A stretch of DNA of 64,000 nucleotides from an uncultured SAR86 cluster bacterium (GTDB taxonomy: Bacteria; Pseudomonadota; Gammaproteobacteria; Magnimaribacterales; D2472). The DNA lies in the NCBI GenBank assembly GCA_943789005.1, contig CALSSL010000001.1:192511-256510 (forward strand), given 5' to 3'. The number at the start of each line of letters is the position of its first letter. Position 1 is the first letter of the stretch. This document shows positions 8,399 through 19,052 of this stretch, in pieces. The translations under genes were made by a program, and so were the position numbers. The notes beneath the pieces were generated by a model. It saw only the letters and a list, made by a program, of their open reading frames with translations, was not told where the DNA came from and made no database searches.

Positions 8399-10534
8399 TT
8401 ATTCTTCAGGAGTTTCTTCTTCAGACTCTTCTTGCTTAGGTTCTTCTTTAGCAATCAAAGCCTTTACAGATAACTTCATCTTGCCTCTATCAAAGCCAAT
8501 TAATTTTACGTCTATTTCTTGACCTTCAGATAGAACAGAACTTACATCTTCTGTTCTTTCATGAGCAATTTCTGAAATATGCAAAAGGCCATCCTTGCCA
8601 GGCAGAATATTTACAAAAGCTCCAAAATCAACAATTTTAACAACGGTACCTTTATATACTTTGTCTAGTTCAGGTTCTTCTAATATGCCTTCAATAATTT
8701 CTAGACATTCTTGCATTGATGATTGGTTTTGACCAAATACAGAAACTGTTCCATCATCTTCAACATCAACTGTAGCACCAGTTTTCTCCTGCATGCCCTT
8801 GATAACTGCCCCACCTTTACCAATAATTTCTTTAATCTTATCCTTATCAACCATAAATGTTTTCATAGCTGGAGCATTTTCAGAAAGCTCTTTAGGCGAA
8901 GCTATAGCCTCATTCATAATACCTAATATATGATTTATAGCAGTTTTAGCTTTTGTTAAAGCTGATTCCATTATGTCGGCTGTTATCCCTTGAATTTTAA
9001 TATCCATCTGAAGAGCTGTTATTCCATTTTCAGTTCCAGCAACTTTAAAGTCCATATCTCCTAAATGATCTTCATCGCCTAATATATCTGTTAAGACAGC
9101 AAAATCATCACCCTCTTTAATTAAACCCATAGCTATGCCTGCTACTGGACTTGATATCGGAACTCCAGCATCCATTAGTGCTAATGATGTACCACAAACC
9201 GAAGCCATTGAACTTGAGCCATTAGATTCTGTAATTTCTGAAACTACTCTCATTGTGTAGCCAAAATCAGTTACGTCGGGGAGCACTGCTTTAATTGCTC
9301 TTTTAGCTAAATTGCCATGGCCAATTTCTCTTCTTTTAGGTCCCATTGGCATCCCAATCTCACCGACACTATATGCTGGAAAATTATAATGAAGCATAAA
9401 GTTATCTGTTCCTTGACCTTCAATTGCTTCAATTCTTTGAGCATCTCTAGAAGATCCCAAAGTAGCAACCACTATTGCCTGAGTTTCTCCTCTAGTAAAT
9501 AATGAAGAACCATGAGCACTCGGCAGAACATCAGTTTCTATAAAAATTGGTCTGACGGTATCTGTGTCTCTTCCATCAATTCTTGGTTGATTGCTTAATA
9601 TGTTTTTTCTGACTATATCTTTTTCTAGATTTTTAAATGCACCCAAAATTTTTCCAAGCTGAATTTCATCAGCGTCTGGATAAGAATTAACTATATCCTC
9701 TTTAATAGATCCTATAGCAGATGTTCGTTCTGATTTATCTTTTATAGTAAAAGCTTCAGTTATTTTATTTGTATATTTTTCTGTTAGTTCAGAATAGTAG
9801 ACTGGGGATTCTTCATCGTTGCTTATTACCCAATCCTCTTTACCAGCTTTATCTTTAAGTTCTTTACATGCATTAATTACTGCTTGCATTTCTTGATGTC
9901 CATATAAAACAGCACCTAACATTAAATCTTCATTTAGCTCATTAGCTTCTGATTCAACCATAAGAACTGCTTTTTCTGTTCCTGCAACAACCATATCCAA
10001 ATATGAAGTTTCTAACTCTTCAAAAGATGGATTTAAAACATAGTTTCCATCAATGAAACCCACCCTTGCAGCACCCATGGGTCCATCAAAAGGAACTCCT
10101 GCAACACATAAAGCAGCAGAAGAACCTATCATAGCTGCTATGTCAGGGTTCTGATCTTTTCCAGAAGACATAACTGTACAAAATATTTGTACCTCATTTT
10201 TAAATCCTTCAGGGAAGAGAGGTCTGATTGGTCTATCAATAAGCCTTGAAGTTAAAGTTTCTCTTTCAGTTGGTCTAGCTTCTCTTTTAAAAAACCCTCC
10301 AGGAATAACTCCTGTTGAATAAAATTTCTCTTGATAAAAGACTGCTAGAGGGAAGAAATCTTTTTTAGGATCTGCCTCTTTTTTTGCAACTACTGTTGTT
10401 AATACTACCAAGTCACCAATAGTAACTACAACAGCTGCAGTTGCTTGTCTTGCGACTTTATTTGTTTCTAATTTTACTGTTTGATTTCCATATTGAAACT
10501 CTACCGATGTAGATTCTAATTTATTATTTTCCAC
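8399..10534 (-). CDS. pnp: Polyribonucleotide nucleotidyltransferase (GTG start)
   Basis: [43 protein letters not shown] and S1 domains. Confidence 0.98.
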   Translation of the reverse strand: MENNKLESTSVEFQYGNQTVKLETNKVARQATAAVVVTIGDLVVLTTVVAKKEADPKKDFFPLAVFYQEKFYSTGVIPGGFFKREARPTERETLTSRLIDRPIRPLFPEGFKNEVQIFCTVMSSGKDQNPDIAAMIGSSAALCVAGVPFDGPMGAARVGFIDGNYVLNPSFEELETSYLDMVVAGTEKAVLMVESEANELNEDLMLGAVLYGHQEMQAVINACKELKDKAGKEDWVISNDEESPVYYSELTEKYTNKITEAFTIKDKSERTSAIGSIKEDIVNSYPDADEIQLGKILGAFKNLEKDIVRKNILSNQPRIDGRDTDTVRPIFIETDVLPSAHGSSLFTRGETQAIVVATLGSSRDAQRIEAIEGQGTDNFMLHYNFPAYSVGEIGMPMGPKRREIGHGNLAKRAIKAVLPDVTDFGYTMRVVSEITESNGSSSMASVCGTSLALMDAGVPISSPVAGIAMGLIKEGDDFAVLTDILGDEDHLGDMDFKVAGTENGITALQMDIKIQGITADIMESALTKAKTAINHILGIMNEAIASPKELSENAPAMKTFMVDKDKIKEIIGKGGAVIKGMQEKTGATVDVEDDGTVSVFGQNQSSMQECLEIIEGILEEPELDKVYKGTVVKIVDFGAFVNILPGKDGLLHISEIAHERTEDVSSVLSEGQEIDVKLIGFDRGKMKLSVKALIAKEEPKQEESEEETPEE

Positions 10535-10558
10535 GATTTTCCTTTTATTATTTTATTT

Positions 10559-10828
10559 TTACCCTCTAAGCTTAAGCTGTTTTACAACTTCTTTGTAGCT
10601 ATCGGAATTTTTTCTTTTTAGATAAGCTAAAAGTTTTCTTCTTAGATTAACCATTCTTATTAAACCAGTTCTAGAATGATGGTCTTTTTTGTGTTCTTTG
10701 AAATGACTTTGTAATTTATTAATATTTTCTGTTAACAATGCTATTTGAACTTCGGGAGACCCTGTATCATTGTCTGTTCTTTGAAATTTTCCTACAATTT
10801 TTTCTTTTTCTTTAGCTAAAAGTGCCAT
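10559..10828 (-). CDS. rpsO: 30S ribosomal protein S15
   Basis: [24 protein letters not shown]. Confidence 0.98.
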   Translation of the reverse strand: MALLAKEKEKIVGKFQRTDNDTGSPEVQIALLTENINKLQSHFKEHKKDHHSRTGLIRMVNLRRKLLAYLKRKNSDSYKEVVKQLKLRG

Positions 10829-10915
10829 ATTTATATTCCTCGATGTACATTCATTAATTAGCGCAAACCTCGTACAACTAAAGTAAGCGTGCGAATCTTA
10901 TAACTAATCTATTCA

Positions 10916-11755
10916 TTAAACAAGTCGTTTAAGGGCTAATACAGAGTTTGAGACCAATCCTAAACCAACAAATTTTTCTGAAGAATTATAAATTTTATAC
11001 GTATCATCTGTAAAATCTATTTCTTGTATCTTGCCTCCATTCATGAAAACTTTTGTTTGAATAGAATTTAATGAGATTTTAGAAAGTTCTGAAAATGCCT
11101 TTTCAATAGAAATTAATTTATTAAGTTCGATATTTTCAATTGTCATTGCATTTTCTATATTAAACTTTCCTTGCGATAATCTTCTAAGAGCAGATAGATG
11201 GCCGCCACAATTAAGCTTATCACCTAAATCTCTTGCAATTGATCTGATGTATGTTCCTTTTGAGCAATGAATTATAAATGAGCACTTATTTAGATCACAC
11301 TTAATATCTTTAATGGAAAATATATTAATCTCCCTTGGAGGTTTTGATATAAATTCTCCCTCACGTGCATACTTATAAAGAGGCTTGCCTTTATGTTTTA
11401 AAGCCGAAAAAAAAGGCGCTGACTGCAAAGATTTTCCAATAAAAGATGCCAGTGATTCATTTATATTTTTTTCATCAGGAATATTATCGGAAGAACTAAT
11501 AATATTTCCCATGGCATCATCTGTGTCAGTTGAAGAGCCAAGCTGAATCAAAGCATCATAAGATTTATCAGATTCCAAAAAATAGTTTGAAAATTTAGTG
11601 GCCCTATTAATAGCAAGAATCATTAATCCAGTTGCCATCGGATCTAAAGTTCCTAAATGCCCAACTTTTTTTAGGGATAGAGTATTTTTTACTTTTTGTA
11701 CAAGTTGATTGGAAGATATGCCTTTTTCTTTATCAATGAGTAAAAAACCATCCAT
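10916..11755 (-). CDS. truB: tRNA pseudouridine(55) synthase
   Basis: KVGHLGTLDPMATG, CSKGTYIRS. Confidence 0.97.
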   Translation of the reverse strand: MDGFLLIDKEKGISSNQLVQKVKNTLSLKKVGHLGTLDPMATGLMILAINRATKFSNYFLESDKSYDALIQLGSSTDTDDAMGNIISSSDNIPDEKNINESLASFIGKSLQSAPFFSALKHKGKPLYKYAREGEFISKPPREINIFSIKDIKCDLNKCSFIIHCSKGTYIRSIARDLGDKLNCGGHLSALRRLSQGKFNIENAMTIENIELNKLISIEKAFSELSKISLNSIQTKVFMNGGKIQEIDFTDDTYKIYNSSEKFVGLGLVSNSVLALKRLV

Positions 11756-11757
11756 TA

Positions 11758-12105
11758 CTACTTAAGATTATTGAGTAAGTTTTCAATATTATCAGAGTAC
11801 TCTATACTTTCATCAAATCTAAAGTTTATTACAGGGACTCTTCTAATTTGCATTGTTCTTGAAAGTTTGGATCTGACCATGCCTGAAAATTTCTTTAAAA
11901 CTTTTTGATCAATACTGCTTTGATTTTTAATTACAGATTCGCCAATAATCGTATAAAAGACTGTAGCAATGCCAATATCATCAGAAACTTTTACTGCTGT
12001 GATGTTTATATTTTGAAGCCTTGGATCTTTGGTTTCTTTATTTATGATTAAAGATATTTCTTTTCTGAGTTCGTCTGCAATTTTTTCTGATCTTAATGAA
12101 GGCAT
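11758..12105 (-). CDS. rbfA: Ribosome-binding factor A
   Basis: KDPRL, RRVPVINFRFDESIE; lies between infB and truB. Confidence 0.95.
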   Translation of the reverse strand: MPSLRSEKIADELRKEISLIINKETKDPRLQNINITAVKVSDDIGIATVFYTIIGESVIKNQSSIDQKVLKKFSGMVRSKLSRTMQIRRVPVINFRFDESIEYSDNIENLLNNLK

Positions 12106-12117
12106 TAAAAATTATAG

Positions 12118-14389
12118 CTACATTGATTGAGCTTCTTCTTTCCTATCATAAACCTCGATTTTATCTCCAGGTTTGATATCTTTATAATTTTTGATACCCA
12201 TTCCACATTCTGTACCATTTTTGACTTCATTAACATCTTCTTTAAATCTCCTAAGGGAGTCTAGCTCTCCCTCAAAAATAACTATCTCATCTCTTAGAAC
12301 ACGAACTGGTTTATTTTTAAAAACAGTTCCTTCAATAACATTACATCCTGCGATTTGCCCAAACTTAGGTGAATTAAATACCTCTAAAACTTCGGCAGTG
12401 CCAACAATTTCTTCTTTAATTATTGGATCTAAAAGACCACTCATTCTTGCTTTAACATCATCTAATAATTCGTAGATGATGCTGTGGTAACTTAATGGAA
12501 TTGATTCATCTTCAATAATCTTTTTAGCAGAGTTATCTGCTCTTACATTAAAACCTAAAATAATTGAATCAACAGCAAGAGCTAGATTGGCATCTGATTC
12601 TGTTATGCCTCCAACTCCACTTGATACTATTTTTACTTTTGCTAAGGTCATTACTCAAATCATTAAGAGATGCTGCTATAGCTTCACGAGTCCCACCAAC
12701 ATCTGTTTTCACTATAACGTTCAGTACTTTCTTAGATTCTTGGCCCAATGACTCAAACAAATCTCCAGCGCTATCATCTTTTTGTTTTAATAATTTTTTT
12801 TCTTTCTCTTTAGCAATTCTATATTGGGCTATTTCTCTAGCCTGCTTCTCATTTTCTACTACCTGAAAAGGGTCTCCAGCATTAGGTACATTGCTTAATC
12901 CAAGAACTTCAACAGCTGCCGATGGCCCTGCATTTTTTATTTTTGAACCATCACTGTTTACAATACTTTTAATTTTTCCTATTGAATTGCCTGATGCAAC
13001 TAAGTCGCCAACGTTAAGAGTTCCATTTTGGATTAAAAAAGTAGCAACAGATCCTCTAAACTTATCTAGCTCTGATTCGATAACAACCCCTTGAGCCTGT
13101 CCTTTATAATGAGCTTTTAATTCTAATAATTCAGCTTCCAATGAAACACTTTCAAGCAACTTATCAACACCAGTTCCTTTAAGCGCTGATACTGCCACCA
13201 TTTGAGTTGTGCCACCCCAATCCTCAGGTGCTAAATCTTTTGCAGCCAAATCTCCTTTTACCTTATCTATATCAGCTCCATCTAAATCAATTTTGTTAAT
13301 TGCTACAACTATTGAAACTCCAGCTGCTTTTGCGTGATTTATAGCTTCTTCTGTTTGAGGTTTAATGCCATCATTTGCTGCAACAACAAGAATAACAATA
13401 TCTGTTGTATTAGCTCCTCTCGCTCTCATTGATGAGAAAGCAGCATGGCCAGGCGTATCTATAAATGTAATTCTACCTTTAGATGTCTCAACCTCATAAG
13501 CACCAATATGTTGAGTTATGCCGCCAGCCTCACCATCAACAACTTTTGTATTTCTTATAAAATCAAGTAGGGTTGTTTTTCCATGATCAACATGACCCAT
13601 AACGGTAACAACAGGAGATCTTGTTTTTGGTTCATCAGTATAATTAATTAGATTTGCTAAATCTTCTTCAAAATTTTCTTCTTTAAGTGCAATTCCATTA
13701 TGGCCAATTTCCTCAACCACCAATATAGCTGTCTCTTGATCAATAATATCATTGATATTTGCAACTACACCAAGGCCCATAAGATTTTTTACTACGATAT
13801 TTCCCTTTACTGCCATTAACTTAGCTAATTCACCAACTTGTATTGAAGATGGAACTTCTATATCTTTTTTAATAAATTCAGTAGGTGCCTCAAACTTATG
13901 TTCGCTATCTTTAGGGAATGCTGTCTCTCTTCTTTTATAAGCATTTACAGCATTTGAAAGCTGATCTTTAACATCTACCTTTCTCGCAGGCTCAGATTCA
14001 ACTTTTTTAAATTTATCTCTTTTCTTTATTTCTTCTTGTTTCAACCTTGAAGCTTCTTTAAGCTGTTCTTCTCTCTTTTTTTGTTGTTCCCTGAGCTGCT
14101 CTGAGGCTGCTGCTCGCTTTGCCTCAATATTATCAGAGTAACTTCTAGTTCCTTCAGCCTCTTTTGAAATCTTGCCTTTTGAAGTTACTATAACTCCCGA
14201 CCCAGATGTTACAGATCTTGGTGATGTAGCCTTTGCTCCTTTTAAAGATTTTAATAGTGCCTGTTTATCTGCAGCGGTTATTTCATCTGAACTTTTAGAG
14301 TGACTTAAACCAGCATTCTGCATACGCTCAAGCAAAGCAGAATCTGATATTTTTAAAGTCTTTGCAAAATCTTTAACAGTTAAAGTCAA
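12118..14389 (-). CDS. infB: Translation initiation factor IF-2, split by a +1 frameshift near 12643-12646
   Basis: ORF 12569-14389 has [24 protein letters not shown] 12118-12651 carries the C-terminal domains ([27 protein letters not shown]). Removing one base gives a 756-aa IF-2. Confidence 0.93.
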
Positions 14390-14410
14390 AATATTTTTCC
14401 TTTTTTTATA

Positions 14411-15871
14411 TTAATTAAACCAATGTTCTCTAGCCTTCATAATCATCTTAGAGGCATCATCAGAAGAAATCTCAATGATTTCCTGCAATTCATCTATGGC
14501 TAATTCAGCTAAATCATCTTTGTTCTTAATTCCTTTGTTTGATAGCTTTTGAATATCTTTATCTTCTAAATTAAGGCCTGTGAGTGACTCAACATTATCT
14601 TCTTCTTCTGTGATGGCTCCCATTGCCTCTAGAAGTGCAGCATCTTCCGCAGCCCCTTTTATTCTTTCAATTTCACTCTCATCTTCTACAAATGATTTAA
14701 AAATACTATCTTCTGCATATGCAATGTCATCAAAACTTTCCAACCCAGTTAAAGCTATTTTTTCAGCAACTTCTTCAGATACCTCAAGGGTGCTGATCAG
14801 ATTAGCCAAAAATTCTGTTTCATCAACTTTAACTTTTGCTTCAGCTTCTTCGCTACTAATAATGTTCAAATTCCATCCAACAAGCTTAGATGCAAGTCTA
14901 ATATTTTGTCCTCTAGAACCAATTGCAAGTGCAAGATTTTCTTGATTAACTGCAATATCCATAGATCTTGAATCTTCATCCATGACTATAGATTCAACTT
15001 TTGCTGGTACCAAGGCATTTATAACTAATTGAGCAGGATTATCATCATAAATAATTATGTCTATCCTTTCATTGCCTAATTCTGCGGAAACAGCTTGGAC
15101 TCTTGAACCTCTCATTCCAACACATGCACCAACAGGATCAATCCTGCCATCATTTGTTTTAACTGCTATTTTAGACCTTGAGCCAGCATCTCTCGCCACA
15201 CCCCTAATTTCAATTATATCTTCATTTATTTCTGGTACTTCAATACTAAATAATTCTGTAACCATTTCTGGGCAAGATCGATTTAACATCAGCTGAGGTC
15301 CTCGACCTTCAACTTCTTGAATTTGAAGAATAGCTCTTATTCTGTCATTAATTTTATAAATTTCTCCAGGCATTAACCTGTCTCGGGGCAGAATAGCTTC
15401 TGCATCATAAGAAATATCAACAATAATATTGTCTCTTGTTACCCTTTTTACAGTTCCATTAACTAGTTGATTATTTTGGCTTTTAAATTGAGACACTACT
15501 TTTTCTCTTTCGGCTTCTCTTACTTTTTGCAACATGACTTGTCTTGCTGCTTGAGTTTCTATTCTTCCAAAAGGCACATTTTCTTGTTGCTTAGTATATA
15601 AGTCACCAAGATTTAGACCTGAATCACTTGCTGATATATGCGTTTCTATATGAAACTCTTCATCAGCCTCATCAAATACTATCCAGTTTCTATGAGTTGA
15701 ATATTCGCCAGTATTCCTGTCTATTTGAACAAATAAGTCAGCATCTTCATGAAAATGTCTTTGAGACGCTGAAGCAATTGCTGTTTCAATGGCTGAAAAG
15801 ATAATATCTTTGTCTAGTCCTTTCTCAGTAGATACTGAATCTACTACTGCTAAAATTTCATTACTCTGCAT
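14411..15871 (-). CDS. nusA: Transcription termination/antitermination factor NusA
   Basis: FGRIETQAARQV, ARDAGSRSKIAV, DPVGACVGMRGSRVQ, GQNIRLASKL. Confidence 0.98.
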   Translation of the reverse strand: MQSNEILAVVDSVSTEKGLDKDIIFSAIETAIASASQRHFHEDADLFVQIDRNTGEYSTHRNWIVFDEADEEFHIETHISASDSGLNLGDLYTKQQENVPFGRIETQAARQVMLQKVREAEREKVVSQFKSQNNQLVNGTVKRVTRDNIIVDISYDAEAILPRDRLMPGEIYKINDRIRAILQIQEVEGRGPQLMLNRSCPEMVTELFSIEVPEINEDIIEIRGVARDAGSRSKIAVKTNDGRIDPVGACVGMRGSRVQAVSAELGNERIDIIIYDDNPAQLVINALVPAKVESIVMDEDSRSMDIAVNQENLALAIGSRGQNIRLASKLVGWNLNIISSEEAEAKVKVDETEFLANLISTLEVSEEVAEKIALTGLESFDDIAYAEDSIFKSFVEDESEIERIKGAAEDAALLEAMGAITEEEDNVESLTGLNLEDKDIQKLSNKGIKNKDDLAELAIDELQEIIEISSDDASKMIMKAREHWFN

Positions 15872-16343
15872 AACTATTTTCCTTCATTAATTTATCAAAA
15901 TCTGGTTCTAAACGACAAGTCTCTATGTCGTCAAAATTTAATTTATACTCAAGCTTTAAAGACTCTATAAGAAAAAAATCTTTATTACAATCAACAAGTA
16001 CTCCTTCTATATTTTTTATCCCTTCTAATGGCTCTCTTAATTTAATTTTTAATTTTTCTCCAATATATTCATTAAGCTGATTTTGTTTAAAAAACTTCCT
16101 ACTTATTCCTGGAGTAGAAACCTCTAATACATAATCATCACCAAAAGATGAATCAAGATCTATTTCATAATTTAAATCTTTAGAAATATTCTCGCAATCT
16201 TCGATATTCGCTCCAGAATTAGACTCAATATAAATTCTAAGCGTGGGTCTTTTTCTTCCTCTTAGAATCTCTAGTCCCCATAAAAAACAATCATGTCTTT
16301 CAATAACTGGCTCAACTATTTTTTCAATTTCTTCTTTTATCAT
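15861..16343 (-). CDS. rimP: Ribosome maturation factor RimP
   Basis: LRIYIE...IEDCENIS, YVLEVSTPG; likely start MIKEE at 16343, after the leader hairpin. Confidence 0.93.
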   Translation of the reverse strand: MIKEEIEKIVEPVIERHDCFLWGLEILRGRKRPTLRIYIESNSGANIEDCENISKDLNYEIDLDSSFGDDYVLEVSTPGISRKFFKQNQLNEYIGEKLKIKLREPLEGIKNIEGVLVDCNKDFFLIESLKLEYKLNFDDIETCRLEPDFDKLMKENSYAE

Positions 16344-16354
16344 TTTTTTTATAC

Positions 16355-16374
16355 AAAAAAAGGGCATATGCCCC
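16355..16374 (-). terminator. Terminator/attenuator hairpin between tRNA-fMet and rimP
   Basis: Minus strand GGGGC-ATAT-GCCC followed by T7; analogous to the terminator in the E. coli metY-rimP leader. Confidence 0.75.
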
Positions 16375-16393
16375 ACAAAAAATTATGTAACTG

Positions 16394-16470
<77 letters not shown>

Positions 16471-16485
16471 ACGCAGCGAGTGTGA

Positions 16486-16515
16486 AGTTTAATGAAGTTA
16501 GGTACGTTTGGTCAA
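16486..16515 (-). promoter_or_regulatory. Putative sigma70 promoter for tRNA-fMet-rimP-nusA-infB
   Basis: Minus strand TTGACC, 18 bp, TAAACT, then a GC-rich discriminator (CACACTCGCTGCG). Confidence 0.6.
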
Positions 16516-16548
16516 GTATATTATTTTTTTATATTTCAAATAATTACT

Positions 16549-16557
16549 TGCTATAAT
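16549..16557 (+). promoter_or_regulatory. Putative extended -10 promoter for tRNA-Leu
   Basis: TGCTATAAT (TGn plus perfect TATAAT) 13 bp before the tRNA. Confidence 0.55.
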
Positions 16558-16570
16558 CCTCAAACTTTAT

Positions 16571-16657
16571 GCCGAAGTGGTGGAATTGGTAGACACGCTA
16601 GCTTGAGGGGCTAGTGAGCGAAAGCTCGTGCGGGTTCAAGTCCCGCTTTCGGCACCA
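16571..16657 (+). tRNA. tRNA-Leu (GAG)
   Basis: GCCGAAG/TTTCGGC acceptor stem, CTAGC-TTGAGGG-GCTAG anticodon arm, long variable arm, encoded CCA, followed by T8. Confidence 0.97.
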
Positions 16658-16667
16658 GTTTTTTTTA

Positions 16668-16979
16668 CTATTCTACTGGTACTTCGTCGACTGGAATTTC
16701 TTCCATAACTTCTTTAATTAGCGGTGTATCAAAGATTACTTTTGTATTTGCAGACTTATATATGTATGCAAGAGTAAGGGTTAATGCTAGCCATAATGCT
16801 ACTAATGTATATGTTAATTTTCCTAAAAAATCTGATGGTCCCAATGCACCAAACATAGAATTAGATGAGCCACCGCCAAAAGCAGAGCCTAAATCTGAAC
16901 CTTTACCTTGCTGCAATAATACCAATGCAATAATTGCAATTGCTAGAACTATACATATTATTTTAATTAAAACTATCAT
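16668..16979 (-). CDS. secG: Preprotein translocase subunit SecG
   Basis: LLQQGKGSDLGSAFGGGSS...FG, two TM helices; follows tpiA. Confidence 0.96.
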   Translation of the reverse strand: MIVLIKIICIVLAIAIIALVLLQQGKGSDLGSAFGGGSSNSMFGALGPSDFLGKLTYTLVALWLALTLTLAYIYKSANTKVIFDTPLIKEVMEEIPVDEVPVE

Positions 16980-17719
16980 ATTTTTTTAAGCCTTCTATAA
17001 GTATTTACAATATTTGCAAAAATATCTGCATCAAGTGATGCTCCACCAACCAAAGCTCCATCAATATACTCTTTATTAAAAAAGTCAGCAGCATTGTGAT
17101 CATTAACACTTCCGCCGTATAAAACTTTTGGTTCAAAATTATTTGCAGTTGCGGATTGTACAACATCTTTTATAAATTCGTGAATTGAATTTACTTCTTT
17201 TGGATCAGGTGTTTTCCCAGAACCAATTGCCCAGACAGGTTCGTAAGCGATAATTAGTTTTTCATCTACATTCAATTTTGAAATTGACTCTGTAATCTGA
17301 GATTTTAATTTTTCTTTAGTTTTGCCTAATTTATGTTCTTCTAAAGTTTCGCCAATACATAAAATTGCTTTGAAATTATGCTGCAAAACACTATTAATTT
17401 TTTTACCTATTAACTCATCATCCTCATTAAAAAAATCTCTTCTTTCTGAATGTCCTACTAAAGAAAATGAGCAGCCTTCAGCAGATGCCATACCCGCAGA
17501 AATAGAACCAGTTCTAGCTCCACCTTCGATATCAATATCTTGCATTCCTATCATGACATCAGTTTTTTGAGATAAAGTTTTTAGTTGATGGAAATGGATA
17601 TGGGATGGACTTATTCCAACACAGTTTAGAGCTTTAGTATCAACCAAACTCTGAAATGTCTTGAACCATTGATAGTTTTTTTGAGTGTCTCCATTAGCTT
17701 TCCAATTTGCAACTATCAC
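16976..17719 (-). CDS. tpiA: Triosephosphate isomerase (GTG start)
   Basis: ANWK, GHSERR, AYEPVWAIGSG, YGGSV, LVGGAS. Confidence 0.98.
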   Translation of the reverse strand: MIVANWKANGDTQKNYQWFKTFQSLVDTKALNCVGISPSHIHFHQLKTLSQKTDVMIGMQDIDIEGGARTGSISAGMASAEGCSFSLVGHSERRDFFNEDDELIGKKINSVLQHNFKAILCIGETLEEHKLGKTKEKLKSQITESISKLNVDEKLIIAYEPVWAIGSGKTPDPKEVNSIHEFIKDVVQSATANNFEPKVLYGGSVNDHNAADFFNKEYIDGALVGGASLDADIFANIVNTYRRLKKI

Positions 17720-17721
17720 AA

Positions 17722-19044
17722 CTATGATTTTGATTTAATTAGATCACAAATATCTTTTGCAAACTTTTCAGCAACTTTTTCTTCTGGAGCTTCTACCATT
17801 ACTCTAATTTTACTTTCAGTACCTGAAGGTCTAACCAAAACTCTTCCAACTGTGATATCTGACTCAATTTCTTTCATAAGGTTTAATAAGTCTTTATCAT
17901 TAACAATATCTTTGTTATTTACTTTAATAGCATTATTGATTTGAGGCATTTTAGTATAATTTGATAGGATATCTGATGGGTCTTTTTCAAGGATCAATAG
18001 AGATGATATTACTTTTAAGGCAGCGATAGTTCCATCACCAGTACTTACTAAATCTTTGCATATGATATGACCAGAGGTTTCACCTCCTAATAGCCATCCA
18101 TTTTTTGTAAGCATACTGCTTACATATTTATCTCCAACATCTGCTCTTAAAAATTTATAGCCAAGTTTTTTAATTCCATCCTCAAGTCCAAGATTGCTCA
18201 TATGAGTTCCAACAACTCCTGACCACTGACCAATTCTGTTTGGGTTAGCAAAAGCTAAAATGTAAAGAAGATCATCTCCATCTAATATATTGCCATTACG
18301 GTCAATTAATATGACCCTGTCTCCATCTCCATCCAAAGATATTCCAAAATCAGCTCTATGCTTTATTACTTGTTCTTTTGCTAAATCTGGATAAGTGGAA
18401 CCACACCCTGCATTAATATTATATCCATCTGGATCTACGCCAATACATATAACCTCAGCACCAAGCTCTCTAAAAACATCAGGACTTACTTTATAACAGG
18501 CACCATTTGCACAATCTAATACAATCCTTAATGATGCAAATGAAATGCTTGATGGAACAGTAGATTTACAAAATTCTATGTATCTTGCTCCTGATTCATC
18601 AAATCTTTTTGCTTTACCTAAGTTTTCTGTTTTAACTGGCTTTAGATCAGATTCTAAAAGTTTTTCTATTTTTTTTTCAAAATCTCTTGATAGCTTTTCA
18701 CCATCAGCATTGAATATTTTTATGCCATTATCAAGGAAGTTATTATGCGATGCGCTTATTACCACTCCAAATTTTTGTCTGAGAGACTTGGTTAGATATG
18801 CAACTCCTGGTGTGGGCAAGGGACCGCATAAACTTACATTTACTCCAGCAGCTATAAAACCTGCTTGAAGAGCAGATTCAAGCATGTAGCCAGATACCCT
18901 AGTATCTTTGCCAATCATAACAGTATCCCAGCCCTGCTCTTTCATAACAATACCTGTAGCATGTCCAACTCTAAGACATGCCTCAGGAGTTATATGTGTT
19001 TCAACGGGACCACGAATACCGTCAGTGCCAAATTTTAAATTCAT
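17722..19044 (-). CDS. glmM: Phosphoglucosamine mutase
   Basis: FGTDGIRG, VISASHN, DGDGDR, GGETSGH, RPSGTE. Confidence 0.97.
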   Translation of the reverse strand: MNLKFGTDGIRGPVETHITPEACLRVGHATGIVMKEQGWDTVMIGKDTRVSGYMLESALQAGFIAAGVNVSLCGPLPTPGVAYLTKSLRQKFGVVISASHNNFLDNGIKIFNADGEKLSRDFEKKIEKLLESDLKPVKTENLGKAKRFDESGARYIEFCKSTVPSSISFASLRIVLDCANGACYKVSPDVFRELGAEVICIGVDPDGYNINAGCGSTYPDLAKEQVIKHRADFGISLDGDGDRVILIDRNGNILDGDDLLYILAFANPNRIGQWSGVVGTHMSNLGLEDGIKKLGYKFLRADVGDKYVSSMLTKNGWLLGGETSGHIICKDLVSTGDGTIAALKVISSLLILEKDPSDILSNYTKMPQINNAIKVNNKDIVNDKDLLNLMKEIESDITVGRVLVRPSGTESKIRVMVEAPEEKVAEKFAKDICDLIKSKS

Positions 19045-19052
19045 ACTAAAGA

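Noticed and set aside
16344-16376. Longer RimP start (MGHMPFF)
   Set aside because: These codons are the GGGC-ATAT-GCCC-T7 terminator hairpin; the downstream ATG at 16343 is more plausible.
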